From positions 96,001 to 160,000 of the forward strand of contig CAVZSQ010000019.1 in NCBI GenBank assembly GCA_963777955.1: a stretch of 64,000 nt of DNA, given 5' to 3'. The notes beneath the pieces were generated by a model. It had not been told where the DNA came from, made no database searches, and saw only the letters and a list, made by a program, of their open reading frames with translations. How positions within the stretch are numbered: position 1 is the first letter of the stretch; each line of letters starts with the position of its first letter. Below, piece after piece: positions 43,335-53,497 of this stretch. The translations under genes were made by a program, and so were the position numbers. This stretch comes from Calditrichia bacterium (GTDB taxonomy: Bacteria; Calditrichota; Calditrichia; JAJRVZ01).

Positions 43335-44330
43335 TTATTCCAATTCACCGTCTGTTTTGGCCGAACTCTGGTTAAGCGATTCCCTGTAATCAACGACCAG
43401 GGAGACGATAATGCCCGTACCCAGAATGACGACAATTACTAAGAGCGAGATCGGCGTGGGAATGGTAAAATAATGTGAAAGTATCATTTTAGTGCCCACA
43501 TAGGCCAGCACGAATACCAGGCTGAATTTTAAATACCGGAATTTGTTGATCATGGCCACCAGGGCAAAATAGAGCGAGCGTAATCCCAGGATGGCAAATA
43601 TATTGGAAGTGAAAACAATAAACGGATCGGTAGTTACCGCAAAAATCGCCGGAATTGAATCTATGGCAAACAGGACATCCGTACTTTCAATGACCAGCAG
43701 CACCAGGAATAAAGGGGTGATAGCCCGCCTGGTGCCGATGCGGGTAAAAAATTTTGAGCCTTCATAATCACTGGTAACCGGATAAAACTTCCTGACCAGC
43801 CGGACTAAAAAATTTTTACCCGGTTCCATCTCTTCCTGTTTGGTAAACAGCATACGCAGTGCAGTCAGTATTAACAGTCCGCCAAAAACATAAATCATCC
43901 AGGAGAAACGGTGAATCAGGGCGGTACCGGCGCCGATCATGATTCCGCGCATAATCTGGGCCCCGACAATACCCCAGAACAGCACCCGGTGTTGGTGCAA
44001 TTGAGGCACCTTGAAATAGGAAAAAATAATAGCGATAACGAATATATTATCCAGGCTCAGCGACTCTTCAATTATATAACCGGTAAAATACTCCAGAGCC
44101 GCATCAGCCCCTGATTTTATTTCTGCCTGATGTAAGCCGATGCCCAGCCAGTGATGCTCATAGGCAAAATATATAAATAGATTGAATAGTAAGGATAGGC
44201 CAATCCAGAAAGCGGTCCACAAAAGCGCTTCTCTGGGCCCGATAATGTGTTCCTTACGGTGGAAAACACCCAGGTCCAGAGACAGCAGGACCAGGATCAA
44301 TAGAATAAATGCTACCCAGAATACTGCCAT
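43335..44330 (-). CDS. terC: TerC/Alx family membrane protein
   Basis: ESLSLDNIFV, QHRVLFWG, DVLFAIDSIPA and FAILGLRSLYF motifs. Confidence 0.92.
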   Translation of the reverse strand: MAVFWVAFILLILVLLSLDLGVFHRKEHIIGPREALLWTAFWIGLSLLFNLFIYFAYEHHWLGIGLHQAEIKSGADAALEYFTGYIIEESLSLDNIFVIAIIFSYFKVPQLHQHRVLFWGIVGAQIMRGIMIGAGTALIHRFSWMIYVFGGLLILTALRMLFTKQEEMEPGKNFLVRLVRKFYPVTSDYEGSKFFTRIGTRRAITPLFLVLLVIESTDVLFAIDSIPAIFAVTTDPFIVFTSNIFAILGLRSLYFALVAMINKFRYLKFSLVFVLAYVGTKMILSHYFTIPTPISLLVIVVILGTGIIVSLVVDYRESLNQSSAKTDGELE

Positions 44331-44337
44331 TACCTGC

Positions 44338-45249
44338 TTATAACTTCCACTCCCAGCTCTCGGTAGCCAGTTCGGTAGCTGGAAAGATTCCCTTGGCCTG
44401 TTTTTCGATCCGCAATAATGCTTCATCGTCATTATTCGGATCATGATGGAACAACAGCAGTTTTTTAGCTTTGGCTTTTAAGGCTAACTGACAGGCCATT
44501 TCAAAATTACTGTGTCCGAAACCCTGAACTTTCAAATATTGTTCCAGATCATACTGGGCATCATGGATCAGGACATCACACCCCTCGGCAAACTTCATCA
44601 GGCGCTGGTCGCTGCCCGCATATTGTTCGACGTCCGTGGCAAAAACCAGCGAATGACCGTTCCATTCAATACGGTAGTTATAACTGCCGTCTTTGGGATG
44701 AAAATAATATTTCATCGTACTGATTACCAGTTCGGCACCATCCGTATTGGTTCTGTTGACCGTACCCAGATGCGGCAGATGATCATCTTCGACAAAATAG
44801 ATGATCATATTTTCATTCACATTATAAAAATCTTTCTCGCTTCTGAATTCGTCCATTGATACCGGGAAATACTGCGGCTCGACTAATGTTCTTAAAATAT
44901 CTTCAAAATCCACCCCCAGGGTGGCCGGGCCGATTAAATGCAAATGAACATTGGGCATATACAAGGGAGCAAAAAATGGAAAACCCAGCAGATGGTCATT
45001 ATGCGTGTGGGTAAAAATGAGGGTGATATTGAGGGGTTCTTTGGATTTCTTGCCGTGTTCCAGTATCTCAGGTACCAACTGCCGCCCTGCTTCAATAATC
45101 CCTGAACCCGCATCAAAAAAAATGATCTGTCGTTTTGTTCTGACCATTAAACAGGTTGTATTACCCCCGATACGTGTACCCTCGCGCGGTGCTATCGGAT
45201 AACTGCCACGGACACCATATAATTTTGCCAGAAAACGATAATCCTTCAT
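44338..45249 (-). CDS. MBL-fold metallo-hydrolase
   Basis: GVRGS, GGNTTC, DAGSG, THTHNDH, GHS and FHHDP motifs. Confidence 0.9.
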   Translation of the reverse strand: MKDYRFLAKLYGVRGSYPIAPREGTRIGGNTTCLMVRTKRQIIFFDAGSGIIEAGRQLVPEILEHGKKSKEPLNITLIFTHTHNDHLLGFPFFAPLYMPNVHLHLIGPATLGVDFEDILRTLVEPQYFPVSMDEFRSEKDFYNVNENMIIYFVEDDHLPHLGTVNRTNTDGAELVISTMKYYFHPKDGSYNYRIEWNGHSLVFATDVEQYAGSDQRLMKFAEGCDVLIHDAQYDLEQYLKVQGFGHSNFEMACQLALKAKAKKLLLFHHDPNNDDEALLRIEKQAKGIFPATELATESWEWKL

Positions 45250-45343
45250 AATCCCTCAAATATATGTCGTTGACCTAAAACTATATTATATGCTGGACCT
45301 GTAGTCAGTAGCCTGACCAAGAATTTCAAATTCAAGCAATGAA

Positions 45344-45895
45344 TCAAGATCCGGTTTCTATCCTTCTGATCTCATCCCGCAATTCTGCAGCCTTTTCATA
45401 TTCTTCATCTTCGACCGCTTTTTGAAGATCTTTCTTCAATTTATCCACTTTGCTGGTAGCAGTATTCAGAGGATGCTGTTTGTCTTCTTTTTCCAAATGG
45501 GTCGGATCAAAAGCGCCCATATTCATAACCTCTTCTTCGACAAAAATCGGAATCATCCCGCGTACCGCCATGGCAATTGCATCGCTGGGCCGGGCATCGA
45601 TATCCCAGCTTTCCAGGTTTTTGCGTAAACGGATAATGGCATAATAAGTATTATTCTTTAATTCGGTAATCAACACGCTGTCAATTTTAATACCCACGCT
45701 ATCTAAAATATTCATGGCCAGATCGTGGGTGATCGGCCGGGGAGGTTTTATATTTTCCAGACCTAATGCAATCGACTGGGCTTCATATTCACCAATGACT
45801 ATGGGCAGAGTACGATCCCCGTTTTTTTCTTTCAGGATAATACCGCTCGCTTGTGACTGTGTCAAAAATATACCGTTAACACTAACTTCAATCAT
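45344..45895 (-). CDS. Bifunctional nuclease (DUF151) with C-terminal UVR domain
   Basis: LPIVIG, RPITHDL, DARPSDAIA; EEYEKAAELRDEI. Confidence 0.92.
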   Translation of the reverse strand: MIEVSVNGIFLTQSQASGIILKEKNGDRTLPIVIGEYEAQSIALGLENIKPPRPITHDLAMNILDSVGIKIDSVLITELKNNTYYAIIRLRKNLESWDIDARPSDAIAMAVRGMIPIFVEEEVMNMGAFDPTHLEKEDKQHPLNTATSKVDKLKKDLQKAVEDEEYEKAAELRDEIRRIETGS

Positions 45896-45918
45896 GACAC
45901 ACACAACCCCGCTTCAAA

Positions 45919-46140
45919 TTAGACCGCTTCAACAGAAGATACTTCCGGTACCTGTGTTTTAATGATTCGCTCAATTCCCTGCTGCAGCGTTATTTTAGAC
46001 ATCGGGCAATCCCCGCAGGTTCCGGTCAGCCGCAGCAATACTTTACCGTTTGCATCAATTTCTACCAATTCAACATCGCCACCATCCGCCTGTAATCCCG
46101 GCCGTACACTTTCCAGTGCCCGCAGAATTCTATCCTTCAT
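45919..46140 (-). CDS. NifU C-terminal (Nfu) Fe-S carrier
   Basis: VRPGLQADGGDVEL and GTCGDCPMS motifs. Confidence 0.92.
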   Translation of the reverse strand: MKDRILRALESVRPGLQADGGDVELVEIDANGKVLLRLTGTCGDCPMSKITLQQGIERIIKTQVPEVSSVEAV

Positions 46141-46458
46141 TCAAAAGCCTCTTTTCCTTATATACATAACTATATGAAAATTAAAAATTTTTACCTTAAA
46201 GTCAATGCATTTTTTAATATAAAATCGGTACTTCAAAACCGCCGGACAAATCACCAATTACCAAACTTCCATATTCCAGCTTTTGACTACACATTAAAAC
46301 TGAATTATATCATTTTTCCTTCCCCGGAGCTGATTCCCTCTTCTGATCATGTTAACTAAAATCATTATTGAACTGTATTTACATCACCTATAAATTATTG
46401 GCCGGAATTCTGAATGACTTTGAATTGTCTGGATTTATGAACAAAACGGAAATGTCCC

Positions 46459-47830
46459 ATGATTAATCCGCATATTTTTCGTGAATACGATATTCGCGGC
46501 GTGGTAGACCGTGATTTGAACGATGAAGTGGTCTACCAATTAGCACAGGGATTCGGTACCTACCTGCGGCAGCAGCAATTAAAAAAAATCTCGCTGGGCG
46601 GTGATGTCCGCCTTTCCACGGAACGGTTTCGCGGCATACTGATCAAAGGATTCAGGCAGGTCGGCATCGATGTGATCGACATCGGTATCGTGCCGACTCC
46701 GGTGCAGTATTACAGTATGTATAATTTGCCGGTTGACGGCGGCCTGATGATCACCGGCAGCCATAATCCGGCAGAATATAATGGTTTTAAATTGACGGTT
46801 CAGAATGCTCCTGTTTACGGGGCTGAAATTCAGAAAATTAAACTGATTATCGAGGCGGGAAAATTTGCCTCCGGCCAGGGCACAGTCGAAAAGACAAATC
46901 TGATCCCGGCCTATATCGAGCATATAAAAAAAGATATAAAGATAAAAAAGAAACTAAAAGTCGTACTGGACTCGGGGAATGGTGCCGCGGCTCTGGTGGC
47001 CCACCGCTTATTCAAAGAACTGGGAGTGGAAACTGTTGACCTGTTCGACACACCTGACGGCCGTTTCCCCAATCATCACCCTGATCCGACTGTGCTGGAA
47101 TACCTGCATGACTTGATCGAATCCGTTCGAGCAGACCCACGCCGATCTGGGCATCGCTTATGACGGTGACGGCGACCGTCTGGGAGTTATCGATGAACAC
47201 AGCCAGGTGATCTGGGGCGACCGCCTGTTGATCATTTTTAGCCGCGATATTATCCGGCGTCAGCCCGGAGCAAAAGTTATCTTTGAAGTAAAATGCTCGC
47301 AGGCCTTGCCGGAAATGATTGAAAAATTTGGGGGTCAACCAATCATGTGGAAAACCGGTCATTCCCTGCTGAAGAAAAAAATGAAAGAGACCGGAGCACC
47401 CCTGGCCGGGGAGATGAGCGGACATTTATTTTTTGCCGACCGTTATTATGGTTATGATGATGCTATTTATGCGTCAGCCCGACTGGTAGAGTTGCTCTCC
47501 CATGGTTCCAATCCATTATCCGCCCTGCTCTCGGATGTTCCGCAATATTTTTCGACTCCGGAAATCAGGGTGGACACGGTCAATGATGAAGAGAAATTCA
47601 AAATAGCGCAACAGGCCAGGGATTATTTTTCAACCCGCTATGAGGTTATTGCTATAGATGGAGTACGCATTCTGTTTGGCGATGGCTGGGGACTGGTACG
47701 GGCTTCCAATACGCAGCCGGTACTGGTTTTACGGTTTGAAGCAAGGTCAGCTCAACGCCTGGAAGAGATTAAAAATATGGTCATATCCAAACTAAAAGAA
47801 TTTGGCAAAATAGAGATCAAGAAGTCATGA
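46459..47830 (+). CDS. Phosphomannomutase/phosphoglucomutase (frameshift ~47130)
   Basis: FREYDIRG, TGSHNP, YDGDGDR (shifted frame), GEMSGH, RASNTQP. Confidence 0.93.
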
Positions 47831-48621
47831 TCGAAATCGCTAAACAGGCTGCCCTGTCCGCAGTGACCATACTTATGGAAAATTTCAGGAAGATCACTGC
47901 CGATCACATCCGCGTCAAAAGAAAAAACGACTTTTTGACCCATGTGGATGAAAGTTCCGAGCATGAGATTATCCGCATCCTGCATCAGGCTTTTCCGGAT
48001 CATGCCATCCTGGCCGAAGAGAGCGGTTTAAAAGATATCGCCGGCGAATACCGCTGGATCATCGATCCTCTGGACGGTACCAAGAATTATATTTCCGGGA
48101 TACCGGTTTTTTCTATCTCTATTGCCCTGCAATTTAAAAAACAGGTCATCCTGGGAGTAGTGTACGATCCCATTCATCAGGAACTTTTTTCGGCGGAAAG
48201 AAACAAGGGAGCCTGCCTGAACGGCCAACCCATACAGGTCAGTCAGACCGGTCATCTGGAGGATTGCTTATTCGCCACCGGTTTTCCGTTCAAATTTAAA
48301 AGTTTTCTGCCGGCATATATGGATTGTTTCGAAGACCTGTTCCGGCACATTACCAGTGCCAGAAGAATGGGCAGTGCCGCCATCGATCTGGCCTATGTTG
48401 CAGCCGGCCGTTTCGAAGCCTTTTGGGAACTCGGCCTCAATCCCTGGGATTGTGCGGCAGGATCGCTGCTGGTCGAAGAAGCAGGTGGAACGGTAACCGA
48501 TTTCTGGGGTCATGAACATTTCTTAGAAAATTCTTATATTGTTGCCAGTAATGGCAGGATTCACGCAGCTGCCCTGGCTATTATTCAGAAACATTTTCCC
48601 GGATATAAAAAAGTAGAATAA
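47827..48621 (+). CDS. suhB: Inositol monophosphatase
   Basis: WIIDPLDGT, GSAAIDL and PWDCAAG motifs. Confidence 0.92.
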   Translation: MIEIAKQAALSAVTILMENFRKITADHIRVKRKNDFLTHVDESSEHEIIRILHQAFPDHAILAEESGLKDIAGEYRWIIDPLDGTKNYISGIPVFSISIALQFKKQVILGVVYDPIHQELFSAERNKGACLNGQPIQVSQTGHLEDCLFATGFPFKFKSFLPAYMDCFEDLFRHITSARRMGSAAIDLAYVAAGRFEAFWELGLNPWDCAAGSLLVEEAGGTVTDFWGHEHFLENSYIVASNGRIHAAALAIIQKHFPGYKKVE

Positions 48622-48632
48622 AGGAAACACTG

Positions 48633-49679
48633 ATGAAAACAACCCGTCTCAATAATACCGGCCAAACCAGAGGTGAATTATGCCTGATGAGTTGTGCCTC
48701 CGGATTACCGCTGGCCCGGCGGATTCTGAATAATCTGAACAAGATTATGAAGCAGGAAAAACAATCGGGTGGATTGGAAATCATACGGTCCGAAGAGATA
48801 ACCTTCGCTAACGGAGAAATAAAAACCATTATTAAAGATAACATCCGCGGTGCGGATCTGTATATTGTACAGGCCATCGACGATCCACAATCCCCTAAAA
48901 GTATCAATGATAATTTACTGGCCCTGCTGACGGCCATCAACGCAGCTTACCAGTCCGACGCCGATTCGATCACCGTGATCAGTCCGCAATTCCCTTATTC
49001 CCGGCAGGAACGGAAAAAAACCAGGGAAGGTATCACCGCCAAACAAATTGCTGCCTTCATGGAGATGTCGGGAGCCAACCGCGTGATCACTCTGGATATT
49101 CATGCCGAAGCCATTCAGGGTTTTTTCAACCGCACCCGGCTGGAAGATCTGCATGCTTCCAATCCCCTGATTGGTTATATCCGCAAGCATTTCCCCACAA
49201 ATAACATGGTGGTGGCTGCCGCCGATGTCGGCAGTGCCGAAAAAGCACGCTATTATTCCCAGCGCCTACAGACCGATTTTGCTATTGTCGATAAAGCCCG
49301 CGATTACTCTAAAAGCAGCGTCATCGAGAGCATGCGGCTGGTGGGGAATGTGCGCGATAAGGATATACTTATCCCCGATGACATGATCGGTACAGGCGGG
49401 ACCATTGTCAATGCCGCCAAACTGCTGCGACTTCATCACGCCCGGGATATCTATGCTGCCTGCAGCCTGCCCTTTTTCAATCCCCCGGCCCTGGATGTGC
49501 TGCAGGAAGCCTTCGGCAGAGGAGAGATTAAACGTGTAATCGGAACTGATGCGGTATTCTGGGGTGACGACTTTATCAAAAAAACGCCGTGGTATGTTGA
49601 GGTATCTATTGCGCCGCTGTTCGCTCAGGTGATTTATAATATTAATACCAAGAGGTCGGTGTCGGCGTTATTAAAGTAG
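48633..49679 (+). CDS. prs: Ribose-phosphate pyrophosphokinase
   Basis: FANGE, PYSRQER, LDIHA and DDMIGTGGT motifs. Confidence 0.92.
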   Translation: MKTTRLNNTGQTRGELCLMSCASGLPLARRILNNLNKIMKQEKQSGGLEIIRSEEITFANGEIKTIIKDNIRGADLYIVQAIDDPQSPKSINDNLLALLTAINAAYQSDADSITVISPQFPYSRQERKKTREGITAKQIAAFMEMSGANRVITLDIHAEAIQGFFNRTRLEDLHASNPLIGYIRKHFPTNNMVVAAADVGSAEKARYYSQRLQTDFAIVDKARDYSKSSVIESMRLVGNVRDKDILIPDDMIGTGGTIVNAAKLLRLHHARDIYAACSLPFFNPPALDVLQEAFGRGEIKRVIGTDAVFWGDDFIKKTPWYVEVSIAPLFAQVIYNINTKRSVSALLK

Positions 49680-49729
49680 GGGCAGGTCGCGACCTGCCCC
49701 TACAAAGTGGCGATTCATGAATCGCCACT
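49676..49729. repeat. Two GTAG-type REP palindromes between convergent genes
   Basis: Perfect 28-bp palindrome GTAGGGGCAGGTCGCGACCTGCCCCTAC overlapping the prs stop codon, then AGTGGCGATTCATGAATCGCCACT. Confidence 0.8.
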
Positions 49730-49730
49730 G

Positions 49731-50576
49731 CTAATTCAAATCTATATACCCATTAATATGCTTACTCTTATCGATAATGTGATTATCCGCGTCAACGACA
49801 GCACCATGACAGTTATTGCAACTTGCTTCGACATCGATGTGCCCCATCGGCGGCAGTAAATGGCAACTACCGCAGACCGCCTGACCTGATCCGGCTTGTG
49901 TCCAGTCCATTTCCTGATTATTGCCCAGCATAGCATCGGTTTCATAGAAATCCGGATTGGCACTGGCTGATTTTCTAAAGATAAAATTCCCATGACAATA
50001 GGTATTACTGCAGGATGCCGTAGCATGATCCCAGCGCGGGGATATCTTGCCCTGCCAGCTGGCCATTCCGCCAAATTGTACGTTAATCCCTTCCTGTTTA
50101 TCAATATGATCAGGATCATCAAAACCGGTGAGTGTGGATGACACAGATCACAAGTTCCGGGTGTAGGCTGTGCTCCAGGTATCGCCGCTGAGGTGAATCT
50201 GATGTGCACCCACACCGATTGCCGTTGTAACCGTATCCCCCATCAAATCCTGCGGAGGAGCCCAGGAAGTGAGGGCCAAAACCGAGGCATTACTATTACC
50301 GTGACAGAGGTTGCATGCTTCCATGCCAGCCGTTTCGCTGTGACAGGCATAACAGGAAGCACCGCTGGAACCACCCCGGTAATCGCTGCCATGGCAGGTG
50401 ATACAGGATTCATAGCCGGCGGCCTTGACTTTATTGCCATGGAATTCCGCTGAACTGAGCGTATTCCAGTCCGCCGGATGAGTGACACTGGGGGGGGGTG
50501 TTATTTCTTCGGTACAGGACCAGATCAGTACCACTAAGAAAAGACTGGCAAAAATAATTAATGCTTTCACAGTCAA
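49731..50576 (-). CDS. Lipoprotein multiheme cytochrome c, 7 motifs including CxxxxCH
   Basis: IWSC lipobox; CITCH, CYACH, CNLCH, CDLCH (restored by two compensating indels at ~50140-50152), CSNTYCH, CGSCH, CNNCH. Confidence 0.85.
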
Positions 50577-50669
50577 ACCTCGCTTATATAATTTAATGAT
50601 TTTGAATTATTTTCAAAAAAATTCAAAAGATAACCTCACAAACTTTGATTGCGATCTTTATCATTCTGC

Positions 50670-52583
50670 TCAGTTTGTTTTTGTATAAGCCGTATATTCT
50701 TCCGGATGATGATGCCGGAGATCTTCCTCGCTGATTTTACCGTCCAGCCAGGTCAGGTTCATGGGATATTTTTCCGGATGATAAATTACAAAGAACCAGT
50801 GCCAGATAAATATAGCCAGGGTGGCCAGCCAGGCTTCGAAATAATGGATAACTTCGGATGTTTCAAACATCCAGGTCGGCAGATAGTTCATAAAAAATTC
50901 AGGAAACCATAATACCAGACCGGTGAAGGCCATCACCGCAGTACCCCAGATCAAAGCCAGATATTCTGCTTTTTCGGTATAATCCCAGCGGCCGAAGCGG
51001 GGACGGTGCTCAGAGAAACCCAGATAATATTTCATATTCTGCCAGAATCCGGTAACATCGGAAATTTGCGGACGTAAGGCCGATATTTCCTTTCTGCCCT
51101 GGCGATGAAATAAGAAATAAACCAGTTGAATCAGCGATATACTTATCAGTATAACCGCGCCGATCCGGTGCAGTACTGAGCGCAGAGACTCGGTCATTCC
51201 GGCAGAAACCAGTAAACGTACCCAACCGGCATCAGGAAATTTTAGGGCAAAACCTGTTATCACCAGAATAAAAAAACTGAAGATCAGTAAAAAATGCTGG
51301 TACACTTCAAAAGAGCGAAAACGCTGGTATAAACGGTCCTGTTTGCGGGCCTGCCGTTTTTTACGTATATAACTTACCAGGATAATCAGGTTATGCAGAA
51401 CCATGCTGCCGACAATGACAATAATCAGCCACATATAGACGGTTCGTGCATAAAAAGTTACCGGATTACGTTCGGCCAGATTCTTGGGATGTACAGCAAT
51501 ACTGCTGAATTCCTGGCTGATGTTATCATGACACTTGCTGCAGGTTTTTTTCAGATTAGCCGGATTCACACTCGACTCAACCGAGGATTGCTCGCGGATC
51601 GCATGGGTCTCATGGCAACTGGTGCAGTTGGCGGCATCGACAGATCCTTTTAATATAGCCAGACCGTGATAGGTCCGGTTATAGGAAGCGAAGCGCTCGG
51701 CATCTAATCCGAAGCGCGCCATCATTGCCGGCGAAGAATGACATTTGGCGCAGATCTGCGAGGATAAATTCAGACGGTTGGTAATCGCGTCAATTTCCTG
51801 AGGCGACTGAATTTTATGTTCCCCGTGGCAATCATTGCAGGTGGGCGATTCAAAATGACCGCGTTGTACGGCCCGCCAGTGGATACTCTGCAAATATTCC
51901 GCCTTCACCTGCTGATGACAATGACCGCAGGTTTCGCTGCGGTTTAATTTGTTAAAACTGGAGCGCGGATCGGACATTATATAAATGGCGTGAGAACCAT
52001 GACAGTTGGTACAAGTGGGTGCGCCGCGGGCTGGATCTTCGCGCAGGATCCTGGCATGCACACTCTGCTGATAACCGGCCACCGGTCCATCCCCCTGGTA
52101 ACCCAGATATTCAATTACCCGCGGATCCAGATGGCATTTACCGCAGGTAACAGCCATGTTCAGGGGATAGATTGTGGATGCAGAATCAGCAGCCGGCAGC
52201 ATATAATGACTGCCGTGGCAATCCTTGCACTGGGCCGGAGATATATTTTTTCCCCCTGCCGAAGTAGCATGGATACTCCCGGCATATACTTGTTGTACAT
52301 CCTCATGACAACTGCTGCAGTTGACCGGGGGTAATTCCGATTCATGTTCGGGACTCTTGACAGTACTGTGGCAATCCACACAATTGAATCCGCCATGAAT
52401 CGATTTTTCGTATTTGCCCTGATCTACATATAAGGAGATTTCGGTACTATCATCGATACTTTTAGACAGACCCGAGTCGGCATGACATTGTAAACAATCT
52501 TCAACTGATTGGCCGTAGACAAATGCCGTTGAGAATAATCCGCAAATAAATATGAACCGCTTGATTTTTAACCTCCTAATCAT
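50670..52583 (-). CDS. cbcL: CbcL-like protein: periplasmic 11-heme cytochrome c fused to an FdnI/HydC-type cytochrome b
   Basis: 11 CxxCH motifs, then TM domain with QH..LVITGF, LHRIGA, EKAEYLALIWG..TGLVLWFP, IHYFEAWLA..IWH. Symbol denotes homology, not proven orthology. Confidence 0.85.
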   Translation of the reverse strand: MIRRLKIKRFIFICGLFSTAFVYGQSVEDCLQCHADSGLSKSIDDSTEISLYVDQGKYEKSIHGGFNCVDCHSTVKSPEHESELPPVNCSSCHEDVQQVYAGSIHATSAGGKNISPAQCKDCHGSHYMLPAADSASTIYPLNMAVTCGKCHLDPRVIEYLGYQGDGPVAGYQQSVHARILREDPARGAPTCTNCHGSHAIYIMSDPRSSFNKLNRSETCGHCHQQVKAEYLQSIHWRAVQRGHFESPTCNDCHGEHKIQSPQEIDAITNRLNLSSQICAKCHSSPAMMARFGLDAERFASYNRTYHGLAILKGSVDAANCTSCHETHAIREQSSVESSVNPANLKKTCSKCHDNISQEFSSIAVHPKNLAERNPVTFYARTVYMWLIIVIVGSMVLHNLIILVSYIRKKRQARKQDRLYQRFRSFEVYQHFLLIFSFFILVITGFALKFPDAGWVRLLVSAGMTESLRSVLHRIGAVILISISLIQLVYFLFHRQGRKEISALRPQISDVTGFWQNMKYYLGFSEHRPRFGRWDYTEKAEYLALIWGTAVMAFTGLVLWFPEFFMNYLPTWMFETSEVIHYFEAWLATLAIFIWHWFFVIYHPEKYPMNLTWLDGKISEEDLRHHHPEEYTAYTKTN

Positions 52584-53478
52584 CAACACTGTGCTGGTGG
52601 CATTCAATACAGACATTGCGGGCATAGGCATCGTTATGACAACTCAGACAATAATCCAGATCCCCTTCAGCCTGACGTTTGTGCAATCCGCCATTCCGGG
52701 GATTGGTCCAATTGGCATAGGCATGATTGCGCGGCATGACCATTTCACGCTGATGACACTCAATACAGAATGCGCCTTCCTGATGACAGGTAAGGCAATT
52801 ATCCTTATTGGTCCGGACATCGATTCCATGATTATTTTTATAATTCAGCGGATGAGTCAAGCGGTCCAGATTATCCCCTTCATGACAATCGGTACAGTAG
52901 GAATTCTGATGACAGTGTACACAAGCTTCTTTATTCAGCTGTGCGGTCGGTCCATGATCCTTATTCCAGCCGGTACGGTGATCCGCAGGTTTAAACGGAT
53001 GGTCCTGTTCATGGCAGACCAGGCACTTTGCCTTATCTTCATTATAATCCATACTGCCATGACATTCGCGGCATTTATTTTCGGCAGGAATTTGTCCGAC
53101 GCCGGCCGGGGATTCCCGCAATTCAATCCCGGCATGACAGACCTTACAATCCTGATCCGATTTAACATGTAGCTGGTGAGCAAATTTCGCCCGCAACTGG
53201 ACTATCCGCGGTACCTCTTGTGCCGCGTCCGGATCAGTATGACACACCTTGCATTCGGTATCTTTTTCATCGTGGCAATTGTAGCAGGTCTGCATCGCAG
53301 GCAGCAGATTGTCCTGGGGTGATTGACTGGCGGATACCGGCTGATGACAATCGGCACATTTGGCGCCGGCTTGCTGCAGGTGGAATTTATGCGAAAAGAT
53401 CAGATCTGCTTGCTGGGAAAAACCCGATAAGATCCAGCAGGCCAAACAAACTATAACGAGAATTAGCAGTCTTTTCAT
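52576..53478 (-). CDS. Periplasmic 12-heme cytochrome c (c3/c7-like)
   Basis: Signal peptide MKRLLILV..GFS|Q; FSHKFH; 12 CxxCH motifs in ~300 aa. Confidence 0.92.
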   Translation of the reverse strand: MKRLLILVIVCLACWILSGFSQQADLIFSHKFHLQQAGAKCADCHQPVSASQSPQDNLLPAMQTCYNCHDEKDTECKVCHTDPDAAQEVPRIVQLRAKFAHQLHVKSDQDCKVCHAGIELRESPAGVGQIPAENKCRECHGSMDYNEDKAKCLVCHEQDHPFKPADHRTGWNKDHGPTAQLNKEACVHCHQNSYCTDCHEGDNLDRLTHPLNYKNNHGIDVRTNKDNCLTCHQEGAFCIECHQREMVMPRNHAYANWTNPRNGGLHKRQAEGDLDYCLSCHNDAYARNVCIECHQHSVDD

Positions 53479-53497
53479 AGTGGTACACCTTCTCATT

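Noticed and set aside
44330..44345. yybP-ykoY riboswitch upstream of terC
   Set aside because: Only 7 nt separate terC from the upstream gene, leaving no room for a leader.
50148..50150. In-frame TGA as selenocysteine or read-through in the 7-heme cytochrome
   Set aside because: A neighbouring frame encodes CDLCH across this spot, so two compensating indels explain it better.
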